From NCBI GenBank assembly GCA_049513055.1, contig JBEKWN010000031.1, positions 8,012-72,011 on the forward strand: a DNA stretch of 64,000 bases, given 5' to 3'. Each line of letters opens with the position of its first letter. The first letter of the stretch is position 1. The DNA is from Thermodesulfobacteriota bacterium (GTDB taxonomy: Bacteria; Desulfobacterota; BSN033; UBA1163). The notes beneath the pieces were generated by a model. The model was not told the DNA's origin. It ran no database searches and saw nothing but the letters and a program-made list of their open reading frames with translations. Below, piece by piece: positions 1 to 8,405 of the stretch. The position numbers and the translations under genes are program-made.

Positions 1-2
1 TC

Positions 3-1679
3 CGGGGAGAATTTCCACGGATTGGTGTATTTGTTTGTAAATGCGGGACGAATATCGCAGGCGTGTTAGATGTTCCAGCCATTGCTGAATATGCCCGAAC
101 CCTGCCGGATGTGGTTCATGTGGAGGAGAATCTCTTCAGCTGCTCTCAGGACACCCAAGATAAGATGGCCCAGGTGATCAAAGAACAGAAGCTGAACCGG
201 GTGGTCGTGGCTGCCTGCAGCCCTTTAACCCATGAAGTTCTCTTTCAGGAGACCGTGATCAATGCAGGCATCAACAAATATCTCTTTGAAATGGCAAATA
301 TTCGAAATCAGTGTTCCTGGGTGCACAGCGGTGATTCAAAGGCGGGTACAGAGAAAGCCAAGGATCTTGTGCGCATGGCCGTGGCGAAAGTCGCCTTATT
401 TGAACCCATGTCTGCCCCTCGAATCAAGATCAATCAAACAGCCTTGGTCATTGGGGGTGGCCTTGCAGGCATGAGCGCTGCCAAAAACCTGGCGGTACAG
501 GGATACCGCACCTGTTTGATTGAAAAAGAAGGAGTTTTGGGAGGCCAGGCTCGAAATCTCTATCAAACCTGGAAGGGTGAGAATGTTCAGCAAAATCTGG
601 CCAAGCTGATTCAAGAGGTTCAATCCAACCCGAAGATCGATGTCTACCTGAATACTGAATTGAAGCAGGTGGAAGGATTTGTGGGCAATTTTAAATCCAC
701 CCTTCAAATGAATGGAAATGAAAAGGTATTAGAACATGGGATTGCCATTGTTGCTACGGGTGCTTCGGAGCTAAAGCCAGATCAATATCTCTACGGAAAG
801 GATCCTCGTGTTTTGACCCGACTGGAGTTAGACCGGAGATTTATAGATCAGGATGTCTCTCTGGGAAAGATACGTTCAGCTGTTTTTATTCTGTGTGTGG
901 GGTCGCGAATCAGGGAGAGGCCATACTGCTCCGAGGTGTGCTGTACTCATTCTGTCGTGAGTGCTCTCAAACTGAAAAAGATCAACCCCGAGATGGATGT
1001 CTTTATCGTTTACAGGGATATGCGAACCTTTGGACTATTCGAGGATCTTTATCGTGAGGCACGATCTCAAGGCATTGCCTTCATCCGTTATGATGAGAGC
1101 AAAGAGTTAAAAGTTGCCAAGGATCAGAATGATCTTCAGGTTCTCTTCACCTCCTATGTCCTGAATCGAGAGATGGAGATTCGGCCGGACTTATTGATCC
1201 TAGCCACGGCCGTCGAACCTCCAAAGGAAAACCCTATTGCTAACTTGTTCAAGGTTCCGGTAAATAAGGATGGTTTTTTTGTGGAAGCCCATGTCAAGCT
1301 TCGACCCATTGATTTCTCTACGGACGGGGTTTTTCTCTGCGGCCTCGCCCATTCTCCAAAGGCCATGGATGAATCGATCGCTCAGGGTCTGGGTGCCGCA
1401 GCGCGTGCTGTGACGCTTTTGTCCCAGAAGGAGATGTTCGGCAATGCCATTGTGGCCTTCATCAATCCTGAAAGCTGTGTAGGCTGTCAGGGATGCCTAA
1501 AAGTCTGTCCCTATGAAGCCATTCGATATTTGGAAGATAAAAGAATCTGCGAGATCAACGAAGTGATTTGTAAAGGATGTGGGGCCTGCGCAGCCACCTG
1601 TCAGTCAGCCAGCGCACAGCTCAAGCGTTTCACCAGCAAGCAAATCTATACTCAAATTGAAAAGGCCATGGCGGCCTAG
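3..1679 (+). CDS. hdrA: Heterodisulfide reductase subunit A-like FAD/Fe-S protein (5'-truncated by window edge; probably the C-terminal part of a large HdrA/HdrL-type protein)
   Basis: Frame is open from nt 3 (RGEFPRIGVFVCKCGTNIAG). Contains AACSP, ANIRNQCSWVH, GGGLAG FAD motif, YCSEVCC, GVFLCGLAHSPK and a C-terminal 2x[4Fe-4S] (CVGCQGCLKVCP, CKGCGACAATC). Confidence 0.92.
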   Translation, partial: RGEFPRIGVFVCKCGTNIAGVLDVPAIAEYARTLPDVVHVEENLFSCSQDTQDKMAQVIKEQKLNRVVVAACSPLTHEVLFQETVINAGINKYLFEMANIRNQCSWVHSGDSKAGTEKAKDLVRMAVAKVALFEPMSAPRIKINQTALVIGGGLAGMSAAKNLAVQGYRTCLIEKEGVLGGQARNLYQTWKGENVQQNLAKLIQEVQSNPKIDVYLNTELKQVEGFVGNFKSTLQMNGNEKVLEHGIAIVATGASELKPDQYLYGKDPRVLTRLELDRRFIDQDVSLGKIRSAVFILCVGSRIRERPYCSEVCCTHSVVSALKLKKINPEMDVFIVYRDMRTFGLFEDLYREARSQGIAFIRYDESKELKVAKDQNDLQVLFTSYVLNREMEIRPDLLILATAVEPPKENPIANLFKVPVNKDGFFVEAHVKLRPIDFSTDGVFLCGLAHSPKAMDESIAQGLGAAARAVTLLSQKEMFGNAIVAFINPESCVGCQGCLKVCPYEAIRYLEDKRICEINEVICKGCGACAATCQSASAQLKRFTSKQIYTQIEKAMAA

Positions 1680-1684
1680 TGATC

Positions 1685-1780
1685 ATTGCAAAATGGAAAT
1701 TGTAAATTGCAAATTGAAAACTGAGGAAAAGAAGATAAGAACCAGTTTGAATTTTACATTTTGAACTTTCCATTTTGATT
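1685..1780. repeat. Intergenic hairpin made of 7-nt tandem repeats (AAATTGC-like array plus reverse-complement array)
   Basis: attgcaaaatggaaattgtaaattgcaaattgaaaa ... tttgaattttacattttgaactttccattttga, directly after the hdrA stop. Confidence 0.75.
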
Positions 1781-1795
1781 GAAAGGAAATTCTTC

Positions 1796-2227
1796 ATGGC
1801 AGAGGAGTTTCGACCTAAGATCATTGCTTTTTTGTGCACCTGGTGAGCCTATGCTGCCGCTGACCTGGCTGGGGTCAGTAGAATGCAGTATTCGACAACG
1901 ATCCGGGTCATCCGCGTCATGTGTGCCGGGACGATATCGCCTCACTATATCCTGAAAGCCTTACAGGCAGGGGCAGATGGCGTCTTTGTAGCCGGCTGAC
2001 GTCTCGGCGAATGTCATTACCAGTCTGGTAATGTCATGGCGAGTAAAAGGATGACTTTTCTGAAAAAGTTGCTGGAGTTTTCCGGCATTCACCCAGAGCG
2101 TCTCAGGGCGAGATGGGTGTCTTCGGCGGAAGCGGTTGAATTCGTTCATGAGATTTCAGAGTTTGTAGAAGAAATCAAAAAGTTGGGGCCGAATCCTTTG
2201 AAAGTGAAAGCAAAGGAGGCCGCTTAA
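1796..2227 (+). CDS. mvhD: MvhD/FlxD-type hydrogenase iron-sulfur subunit, selenoprotein with two Sec (UGA at 1844 and 1997), 143 aa
   Basis: ATG 1796 after GAAAGGA gives [26 protein letters not shown]...RVMCAG...DGVFVAG-U-RLGECHY..., in frame with ORF 2036..2227. Both UGAs fall at conserved MvhD Cys positions and each is followed by a hairpin. Confidence 0.93.
1859..1879 (+). promoter_or_regulatory. Putative bacterial SECIS element for UGA 1844
   Basis: GCTGACCT-GGCTG-GGGTCAGT stem-loop; the loop starts with G, 20 nt after the UGA. Confidence 0.7.
2015..2033 (+). promoter_or_regulatory. Putative bacterial SECIS element for UGA 1997
   Basis: Perfect 8-bp stem CATTACCA-GTC-TGGTAATG with a G-containing loop about 23 nt after the UGA. 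Confidence 0.72.
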
Positions 2228-2233
2228 AAAAGT

Positions 2234-3028
2234 ATGAGTCAAAAGATTAGAGAACATGTCCAGAAATTACTGACCGAAGGGAAGATCAAGGGATTTCTTG
2301 GTCTCAGAGAAAAGAATGGCAACATCATGCCGCACCTCTTCTGCGATCCTAAGGAACTCGATCCTCTCTCTTTGGGTGACTGGAAAAAAGCGGGTGATAC
2401 CCGTTATCCCCTTAATCAGTTGATGATTCGATTAACCACGGAATATCCTGAAGAGACCTTTGCAGTACTAGTAAGAGGTTGTGATGAAAGGGGACTCAAA
2501 GAACTCTTCAAGTGGAAACAGTTGAACGAAGAGAAGATTGTCCTGATTGGAATTGGTTGTCCTGATGAACTGGCCAAGGCTTGTGAATGTGAAAAACCAT
2601 TTCCGGATAGTTTGATAGATGGTCCAAAGGGAGAAAAAGCGGATAGCCAGAAAGTGGTCCGCGTCGAGGCAATGGATCTGGACGCTCGACTCCAGTTCTG
2701 GAAAACAGAGTTTGACCGATGCATCAAGTGTTTCGGCTGTCGAAATATCTGTCCGATGTGTTTTTGCAATGAATGCTCCCTGGAAGAAGATCAATTGGTA
2801 GGTACGGGAGAGGTTCCCCCTGCCAATCCTACTTTCCATTTGGCTCGAGCCATCCATATGGTGGGTCGCTGTATTGACTGTGGATTGTGTGAAGAGGCCT
2901 GTCCAGCAGATATTCCTTTAAGAACGCTTTATAAAAAGGTCGCAGAGATTATCAGCAAAGAATTTGGATACAAGACGGGCTTCAGCGTGAATGAGAAATC
3001 ACCCTTCAATATCATTGAGGTGAGGTAA
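2234..3028 (+). CDS. 4Fe-4S dicluster protein, FdhB/FrhB C-terminal (FlxC-like) family
   Basis: VRGCDERG, FDRCIKCFGCRNICPMCFCNEC, FHLARAIHMVGRCIDCGLCEEACPADIPL; lies between mvhD and fdhA. Confidence 0.85.
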   Translation: MSQKIREHVQKLLTEGKIKGFLGLREKNGNIMPHLFCDPKELDPLSLGDWKKAGDTRYPLNQLMIRLTTEYPEETFAVLVRGCDERGLKELFKWKQLNEEKIVLIGIGCPDELAKACECEKPFPDSLIDGPKGEKADSQKVVRVEAMDLDARLQFWKTEFDRCIKCFGCRNICPMCFCNECSLEEDQLVGTGEVPPANPTFHLARAIHMVGRCIDCGLCEEACPADIPLRTLYKKVAEIISKEFGYKTGFSVNEKSPFNIIEVR

Positions 3029-3049
3029 CAATTGAGATCTTCGAAATGA

Positions 3050-3251
3050 AATGGGGATTAAATCTCTTTTCCCCGCCAAAGGCGGGGCCTCCAAATTTTT
3101 AGAATGCGGTTTTTTTATATTTTGTAGTATTGAAATAAAGGAAATGAATGAGACGCTGGATTGCTATTGAGGCCATCTGAATGACTCGGCAAAATGTTGC
3201 CGCTCTAAAAATTTTCCAGTCCCGCCTCTGGCGGAGGCCAGTGCCCCATTA
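3050..3251. repeat. Imperfect long inverted repeat (MITE-like remnant) with GC mini-palindromes in both arms
   Basis: aatgggg...aaatttttagaatgcgg pairs with ccgctctaaaaattt...ccccatt. Arms contain CCCCGCC-AAA-GGCGGGG (3071-3087) and CCGCC-TCT-GGCGG (3222-3234). Confidence 0.45.
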
Positions 3252-3298
3252 GGGAGTTTTTTTAAAAACATGAAGGTGTTACGAGGTAAAATAATTAG

Positions 3299-5374
3299 AT
3301 GGAATTCAAAACGGTTTTAAGCTTCTGTCCTTATTGTGGATGTGGATGCGGGTTGCTGTTGGAAGTCCTCGATGGGAAAATCGTTGGGACCCTTCCTTCT
3401 AAAACCAGTCCTGTGAATCAGGGCAAATTGTGTATCAAAGGATGGACGGTCCATGAGTTTGTTACGAGCCCAAACCGATTAACCAAACCTATGGTTCGCA
3501 AGGGCGATGCTTTAGGGGAAACCTCATGGGATGAGGCGCTCAATCTTGCAGCCACACGCCTGAAAGAGATTAAAGAAAAATATGGTCCGGATAGCATTGG
3601 GGTATTGACCTCTGCCAAGTGTACCAATGAGGAGAACTATGTTTTACAGAAGTTCACCCGGGCAGCCATCGGCACGAACAATATCGACCATTGCGCCCGG
3701 CTCTGACACTCCTCCACGGTGGCCGGGCTGGCCGCAGTATTTGGCAGCGGGGCAATGACCAACTCCATTGAGGAGATCGAGGGTGCTGACTGCATCTTGA
3801 TCATCGGCTCCAATACTTCGATAGCCCACCCCCTCATTGCCACACGTGTCTTCCGAGCGAAAGCCAGAGGAGCCAAGTTAATTGTCGCGGATCCTCGTAG
3901 AATTCCGATCATCCTTCAAAGCGATTTACACCTTCGTCAGAATCTCGGAACGGATGTGGCCCTCATCAACGGTCTGATGCACGTCATCTTGAAAAACGGG
4001 TGGCAAGATCAGGCCTTTATTGATGAGCGCACAGAAAATTTTGAAGAACTGAAAAAGTTGGTTGAAAATTATCCTCCTGAAAGGGTCTCGGAGATCACAG
4101 GGGTCCCGGTGGCTGATCTGGAAAAGGCAGCAGAATATTATGCCAAGGCTGAGCGTGGAAGCATTCTTTACACCATGGGCATTACCCAGCACACCACGGG
4201 TGTGGATAATGTCAAGTCCCTTGCCAATCTGGCGATGCTCACAGGAAATCTCGGCAAGGAATCCACAGGCATCAATCCTCTGCGAGGGCAGAACAATGTC
4301 CAGGGCGCCTGTGACATGGGTGGGTTGCCGAATGTTTATACGGGTTACCAGACAGTGATCGATCAAGCGGTTCGACAAAAATTTGAAGAGGCCTGGGGAG
4401 CTAAACTTTCAGATAAAATTGGATTGACTGCGACTGAAATGTTTCCTGCTGTTCTGAATGGGAAAATGAAAGCCATCGTCATCCTGGGTGAAAATCCAGT
4501 GGTGAGTGATGCGGATTGCCATCATGTGGAAAAGGCACTCAAAGCCCTTGATTTTCTCTTAGTCATCGATATCTTCAATACCCCCACCTCGGACCTGGCT
4601 CATGTGGTTTTGCCCGGGGCTGCCTTTGCAGAGAAAGAGGGTACATTTAGCAACACAGAAAGAAGGGTTCAGTTACTTCGAAAGGCGGTAGAGCCTCCTG
4701 GAGAGTCCAAACCAGACTGGCAGATTATCCAGGAGCTGTCGAGCCGTTTTGGTTATCCCATGGATTATTCATCACCCCGTGCCATCATGGAAGAGATTGC
4801 AAAGCTCACCCCATCTTATGGCGGCATTACTTATGATCGACTTCAAGGCGAGGGGTTGCTGTGGCCCTGTCCCAATACTGAACATCCTGGAACTAAATTT
4901 TTACATCAGGGTCGATTTACCAGAGGCAAAGGTTTGTTTAGCGCCATTGAATACAAACCCGCTGCAGAAACAGCTGATGAGGAGTATCCTTTCCAGTTAA
5001 CCACCGGAAGGGTTCATGTCCATTACCACACCGGTACGATGACGAGAAATTCTCCTTCATTGGAAAGGGAAATCAAGGAATGTTTTCTTGAAATGCATCC
5101 CGAAGATGCTGTTGAACTTAAGGTGGCAGATGGTGATTGGGTCGTCATTGCATCAAGACGCGGGTCGGTTCCCACCCGGGTGAAGTTGACGGACGCAGCA
5201 GGAAGAAAAACAGTATTCATGCCTTTCCACTTCCTTGAAAGCAGAGCTAACATATTAACCAACCCGGCTTTTGATCCCATTGCCAAGATCCCAGAATTTA
5301 AGGTCTGCGCCGTGAAGATTCAAAAAAAGGATCCATCGGACAAAAGCATCTCTTCACCTACCTCAGCTCATTAG
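3299..5374 (+). CDS. fdhA: Formate dehydrogenase alpha subunit (Mo/W-bisPGD), selenocysteine-containing (UGA 3704), 691 aa
   Basis: ORFs 3299..3706 and 3719..5374 are in one frame, joined by the canonical FDH active site IDHCARL-U-HSSTVAGL. Also CPYCGCGC, LRGQNNVQGACDMG and PEFKVCAV. No Tat signal, so cytoplasmic. Confidence 0.96.
3719..3735 (+). promoter_or_regulatory. Putative SECIS element of fdhA
   Basis: GTGGCC-GGGCT-GGCCGC hairpin; the loop starts 18 nt after UGA 3704-3706. Confidence 0.7.
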
Positions 5375-5575
5375 TTGAACCAACCTGAATAATTAACGAA
5401 ACGAATAACTGCAGATCAAAATTAAAATATTTAAATATAAAAATGTTAATTATTTCACTAACTTTTTTGTGTTTATTACAAAACCTGCCTTCAGAATTAA
5501 AATGTTAAATAATAACAATATATTAAGATAGAGCTAAAAAAACTAATTTAACTTCAATTTCTAATAAAATTTTTC

Positions 5576-5604
5576 TTGACAAAAGAAAGGCAATTTTGTA
5601 GTTT
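5576..5604 (+). promoter_or_regulatory. Putative sigma70 promoter of the nuo operon
   Basis: TTGACA (5576) - 17 nt - TAGTTT (5599), preceded by a very AT-rich region. Confidence 0.5.
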
Positions 5605-5737
5605 GGTCACGAACAAGAAACTTTTCACAAATGGAACCTTACATAAGAACTTCCGAAATATTATTGAAGGTTGCTGTGGGGCAACATCCCGACCATGATA
5701 AAACCTATCTCCTCTGTCGGGATAAAGGGGGGCATTC

Positions 5738-6094
5738 ATGTTGATTGAATATCTTGCCATTCTCATCTATATTGTCATAGCTGTTGTTTTTGCCCTCTTT
5801 GCCATTGCCGCTTCCGCTCTCTTAGGCCAGAGAAAACCCACGGCTATCAAACAAGCGCCCTACGAATGTGGGATGACGACCATTGGCTCAAGCTTCCGCA
5901 GGATATCCATCAAGTATTACATTATTGCCATGCTTTTCCTCCTCTTTGATATTGAAGTGGTCTTCCTCTATCCCTGGGCAGTGGTCTTCAAACAGTTTAA
6001 GGTCTTTGCCTTCGTCTCAATGGCTGTCTTCATTGGAATTTTACTCGTCGCCTATATCTACATCTGGAAAAAAGGAGCATTGGAATGGGAATAG
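5738..6094 (+). CDS. nuoA: NADH-quinone oxidoreductase subunit A
   Basis: [28 protein letters not shown]. Confidence 0.97.
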   Translation: MLIEYLAILIYIVIAVVFALFAIAASALLGQRKPTAIKQAPYECGMTTIGSSFRRISIKYYIIAMLFLLFDIEVVFLYPWAVVFKQFKVFAFVSMAVFIGILLVAYIYIWKKGALEWE

Positions 6095-6591
6095 AAACCT
6101 ACCTTGAGAAAACGCCTTTTATGCCTGCCCTGGATTGGCTCGTCAACTGGGGTCGAAAGTATTCGATCTGGCCGGTGACCTTTGGCTTGGCCTGCTGCGC
6201 TCTGGAGATGATCGTCACCAGTTCGGCGACGTGGGATATTTCTCGATTTGGTTCAGAGGTTTTCAGGCCCTCCCCCCGGCAGGCAGATTTGATGATCGTT
6301 GCAGGGACCTTGACCAAAAAGATGGCTCCAATGGTCAAACGAATCTATGAACAGATGCCGGAACCCAAATGGGTCATCGCCTATGGAGCCTGTGCCTGCT
6401 CAGGCGGAGTCTTCAAAACCTACAGTGTGGTGCAGGGAGTGGATCAAATTCTTCCAGTGGATATCTATGTTCCAGGTTGTCCACCCAGACCTGAATCTCT
6501 GCTGACGGCCCTTGTTCAGCTCCAGAAGAAGATTGGAAAAGAAACGCTTGCGAATCGAAAAAATGTTCGCAGCAGCCTTGAAATGAAATAA
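6085..6591 (+). CDS. nuoB: NADH-quinone oxidoreductase subunit B
   Basis: [34 protein letters not shown]. Confidence 0.97.
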   Translation: MGIETYLEKTPFMPALDWLVNWGRKYSIWPVTFGLACCALEMIVTSSATWDISRFGSEVFRPSPRQADLMIVAGTLTKKMAPMVKRIYEQMPEPKWVIAYGACACSGGVFKTYSVVQGVDQILPVDIYVPGCPPRPESLLTALVQLQKKIGKETLANRKNVRSSLEMK

Positions 6592-6613
6592 AAGGATAAA
6601 AGAGGAAAAGGGA

Positions 6614-7102
6614 ATGGCTGAAATCAATATCGCAGTGAAGAAATTGCAAGAAAAATTCCCGGCCTCCGTTTTGGAGGTGAAGACATTTCGGGAAGAGGTC
6701 AATGTCACAGTCCAGAAGAAAGACATTTTTGAGATCTGTAAATTTCTCTATTCCGACCCGGATCTCCAATACCAGATGCTCATTGATCTCTGTGGTGTAG
6801 ATTTCTTTCCCGAGTCCCCCCGTTTTGAAGTGGTTTATTTTTTCTACTCGATGAAGAAACAACAAAGATTGAGGCTGAAAATAAAAGTTGGAGAGTCTGA
6901 ATCGGTTTCAAGTGTGGAGTCAATCTGGAAAGCAGCCAACTGGTTAGAACGGGAGGTCTATGACCTCTTCGGGATCCCTTTTGATAACCATCCTGATTTG
7001 AGGAGGATTCTCCTCTGGGATGGTTATGAAGGTCATCCCTTGAGAAAGGATTTTCCGGTCGAAGGACCGGATTTTGACAAACCCTTTGTTCCCGAGGTTT
7101 GA
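6614..7102 (+). CDS. nuoC: NADH-quinone oxidoreductase subunit C
   Basis: ANWLEREVYDLFGI, HPDLRRIL, GHPLRKDFP. Confidence 0.97.
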   Translation: MAEINIAVKKLQEKFPASVLEVKTFREEVNVTVQKKDIFEICKFLYSDPDLQYQMLIDLCGVDFFPESPRFEVVYFFYSMKKQQRLRLKIKVGESESVSSVESIWKAANWLEREVYDLFGIPFDNHPDLRRILLWDGYEGHPLRKDFPVEGPDFDKPFVPEV

Positions 7103-7103
7103 A

Positions 7104-8276
7104 ATGGCAGAGACACGGTTAATGACCATCAACATGGGACCTCAGCACCCGGCCACTCACGGGGTTTTGAGGATCGTGTTGGAATTGGATGGAGAGGTGA
7201 TCGTTAAGGCCGTCCCCCATATCGGCCACCTTCATCGGGGGGTTGAGAAACTCGCTGAAAGTAAAACGTATCACCAAGTCATTCCCCTCACCGACCGTTT
7301 GGATTATACCAATGCGATGGGTAATAACCTGGGCTATGTGTTAGCCGTGGAGAAACTTTTAGGCATTGACATCCCCAAACGGGCTCAATACCTAAGAGTC
7401 ATGATGGCTGAGCTTCAGAGGATTGCCGCCCATCTCATCTGGTTGGGAACGCACGCCTTGGACATCGGCGCCATGACGCTCCTCTTTTACAACTTTCGGG
7501 AAAGGGAAGAGATCCTGAAAATCTTTGAAGAGGTTTCAGGAGGGAGGCTCACGCCCACCTATATGAGAATTGGCGGAGTTTCAAAAGACCTTCCAGACGG
7601 CATAGAAGAAAAGATCAAGGCGTTTGTCCAGTCCTTTCCCGAACACATGAAAGAATATGAAACGCTCCTGACGAAGAATGTGATCTGGTTGAAGAGGACC
7701 AAAGGCGTTGGGTTCATTTCTAAAGAGGATGCGATCAACTGGGGGGTGACCGGGCCCACCCTTCGTGGCTCTGGAGTCAAATATGATGTGAGGAAGGCCT
7801 TTCCCTATTCAAGTTATGATGAGTTCGATTTCGATATCCCCATCGGCTCGGTCGGGGATGTCTACGATCGGTACATCGTGCGTTTGAGGGAGATGGAATG
7901 GTCGAATGCCATTGTGGAACAGGCACTGGAACGGCTGCCAAAAGGTCCTGTCATCGCTAATGATCCACGAATCACCTTGCCACCGAAGGATGATGTTACA
8001 AAAGATATCGCTGCATTGATTCGGCAATTCAAGATTGCCTCTGAGGGCTTCCAACCGCCGAAAGGCGAGGTCTATGTGGGCGTGGAGGCGTCCAAGGGAG
8101 AGTTGGGATACTATCTCGTCAGCGATGGGTCGAATAAGCCCTTGCGGATGAGGATTCGGCCGCCCTCTTTTCTCAATCTCAGTGCCCTTCCTAAGATGAT
8201 TGAGGGGAGTTTAATTGCTGATGTGATTTCAGCGATTGGTAGCATTGACATCGTTTTAGGAGAAATCGACCGATAA
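7104..8276 (+). CDS. nuoD: NADH-quinone oxidoreductase subunit D
   Basis: NMGPQHPATHGVLR, HRGVEK, DIVLGEIDR; likely start is ATG 7104, right after the nuoC stop. Confidence 0.97.
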   Translation: MAETRLMTINMGPQHPATHGVLRIVLELDGEVIVKAVPHIGHLHRGVEKLAESKTYHQVIPLTDRLDYTNAMGNNLGYVLAVEKLLGIDIPKRAQYLRVMMAELQRIAAHLIWLGTHALDIGAMTLLFYNFREREEILKIFEEVSGGRLTPTYMRIGGVSKDLPDGIEEKIKAFVQSFPEHMKEYETLLTKNVIWLKRTKGVGFISKEDAINWGVTGPTLRGSGVKYDVRKAFPYSSYDEFDFDIPIGSVGDVYDRYIVRLREMEWSNAIVEQALERLPKGPVIANDPRITLPPKDDVTKDIAALIRQFKIASEGFQPPKGEVYVGVEASKGELGYYLVSDGSNKPLRMRIRPPSFLNLSALPKMIEGSLIADVISAIGSIDIVLGEIDR

Positions 8277-8281
8277 AAGAG

Positions 8282-8390
8282 AAAATCCAAATGCCAAAAT
8301 CCATAATGTCAAAGGAATGTCAAAATCCAAAAATTTTGAAATTTGGATTTGATTTGTCATTTGAGCTTTGACATTTGAACTTTCATTTTT
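8282..8390. repeat. Intergenic tandem-repeat hairpin (AAATCCA/AATGTCA units plus reverse complement)
   Basis: aaatccaaatgccaaaatccataatgtcaaaggaatgtcaaaatccaa ... atttggatttgatttgtcatttgagctttgacatttgaacttt. Confidence 0.75.
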
Positions 8391-8405
8391 AATGAAGGGG
8401 TCGTT

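Noticed and set aside
5605-5725. nuo leader starting GGTCACGAAC with hairpins (GTTGC..GCAAC; ATCCCGAC..GTCGGGAT), superficially like a c-di-GMP-I riboswitch
   Set aside because: Lacks the GCAAA..GAAA tetraloop..GACGCAAAG core; only generic hairpins are present.
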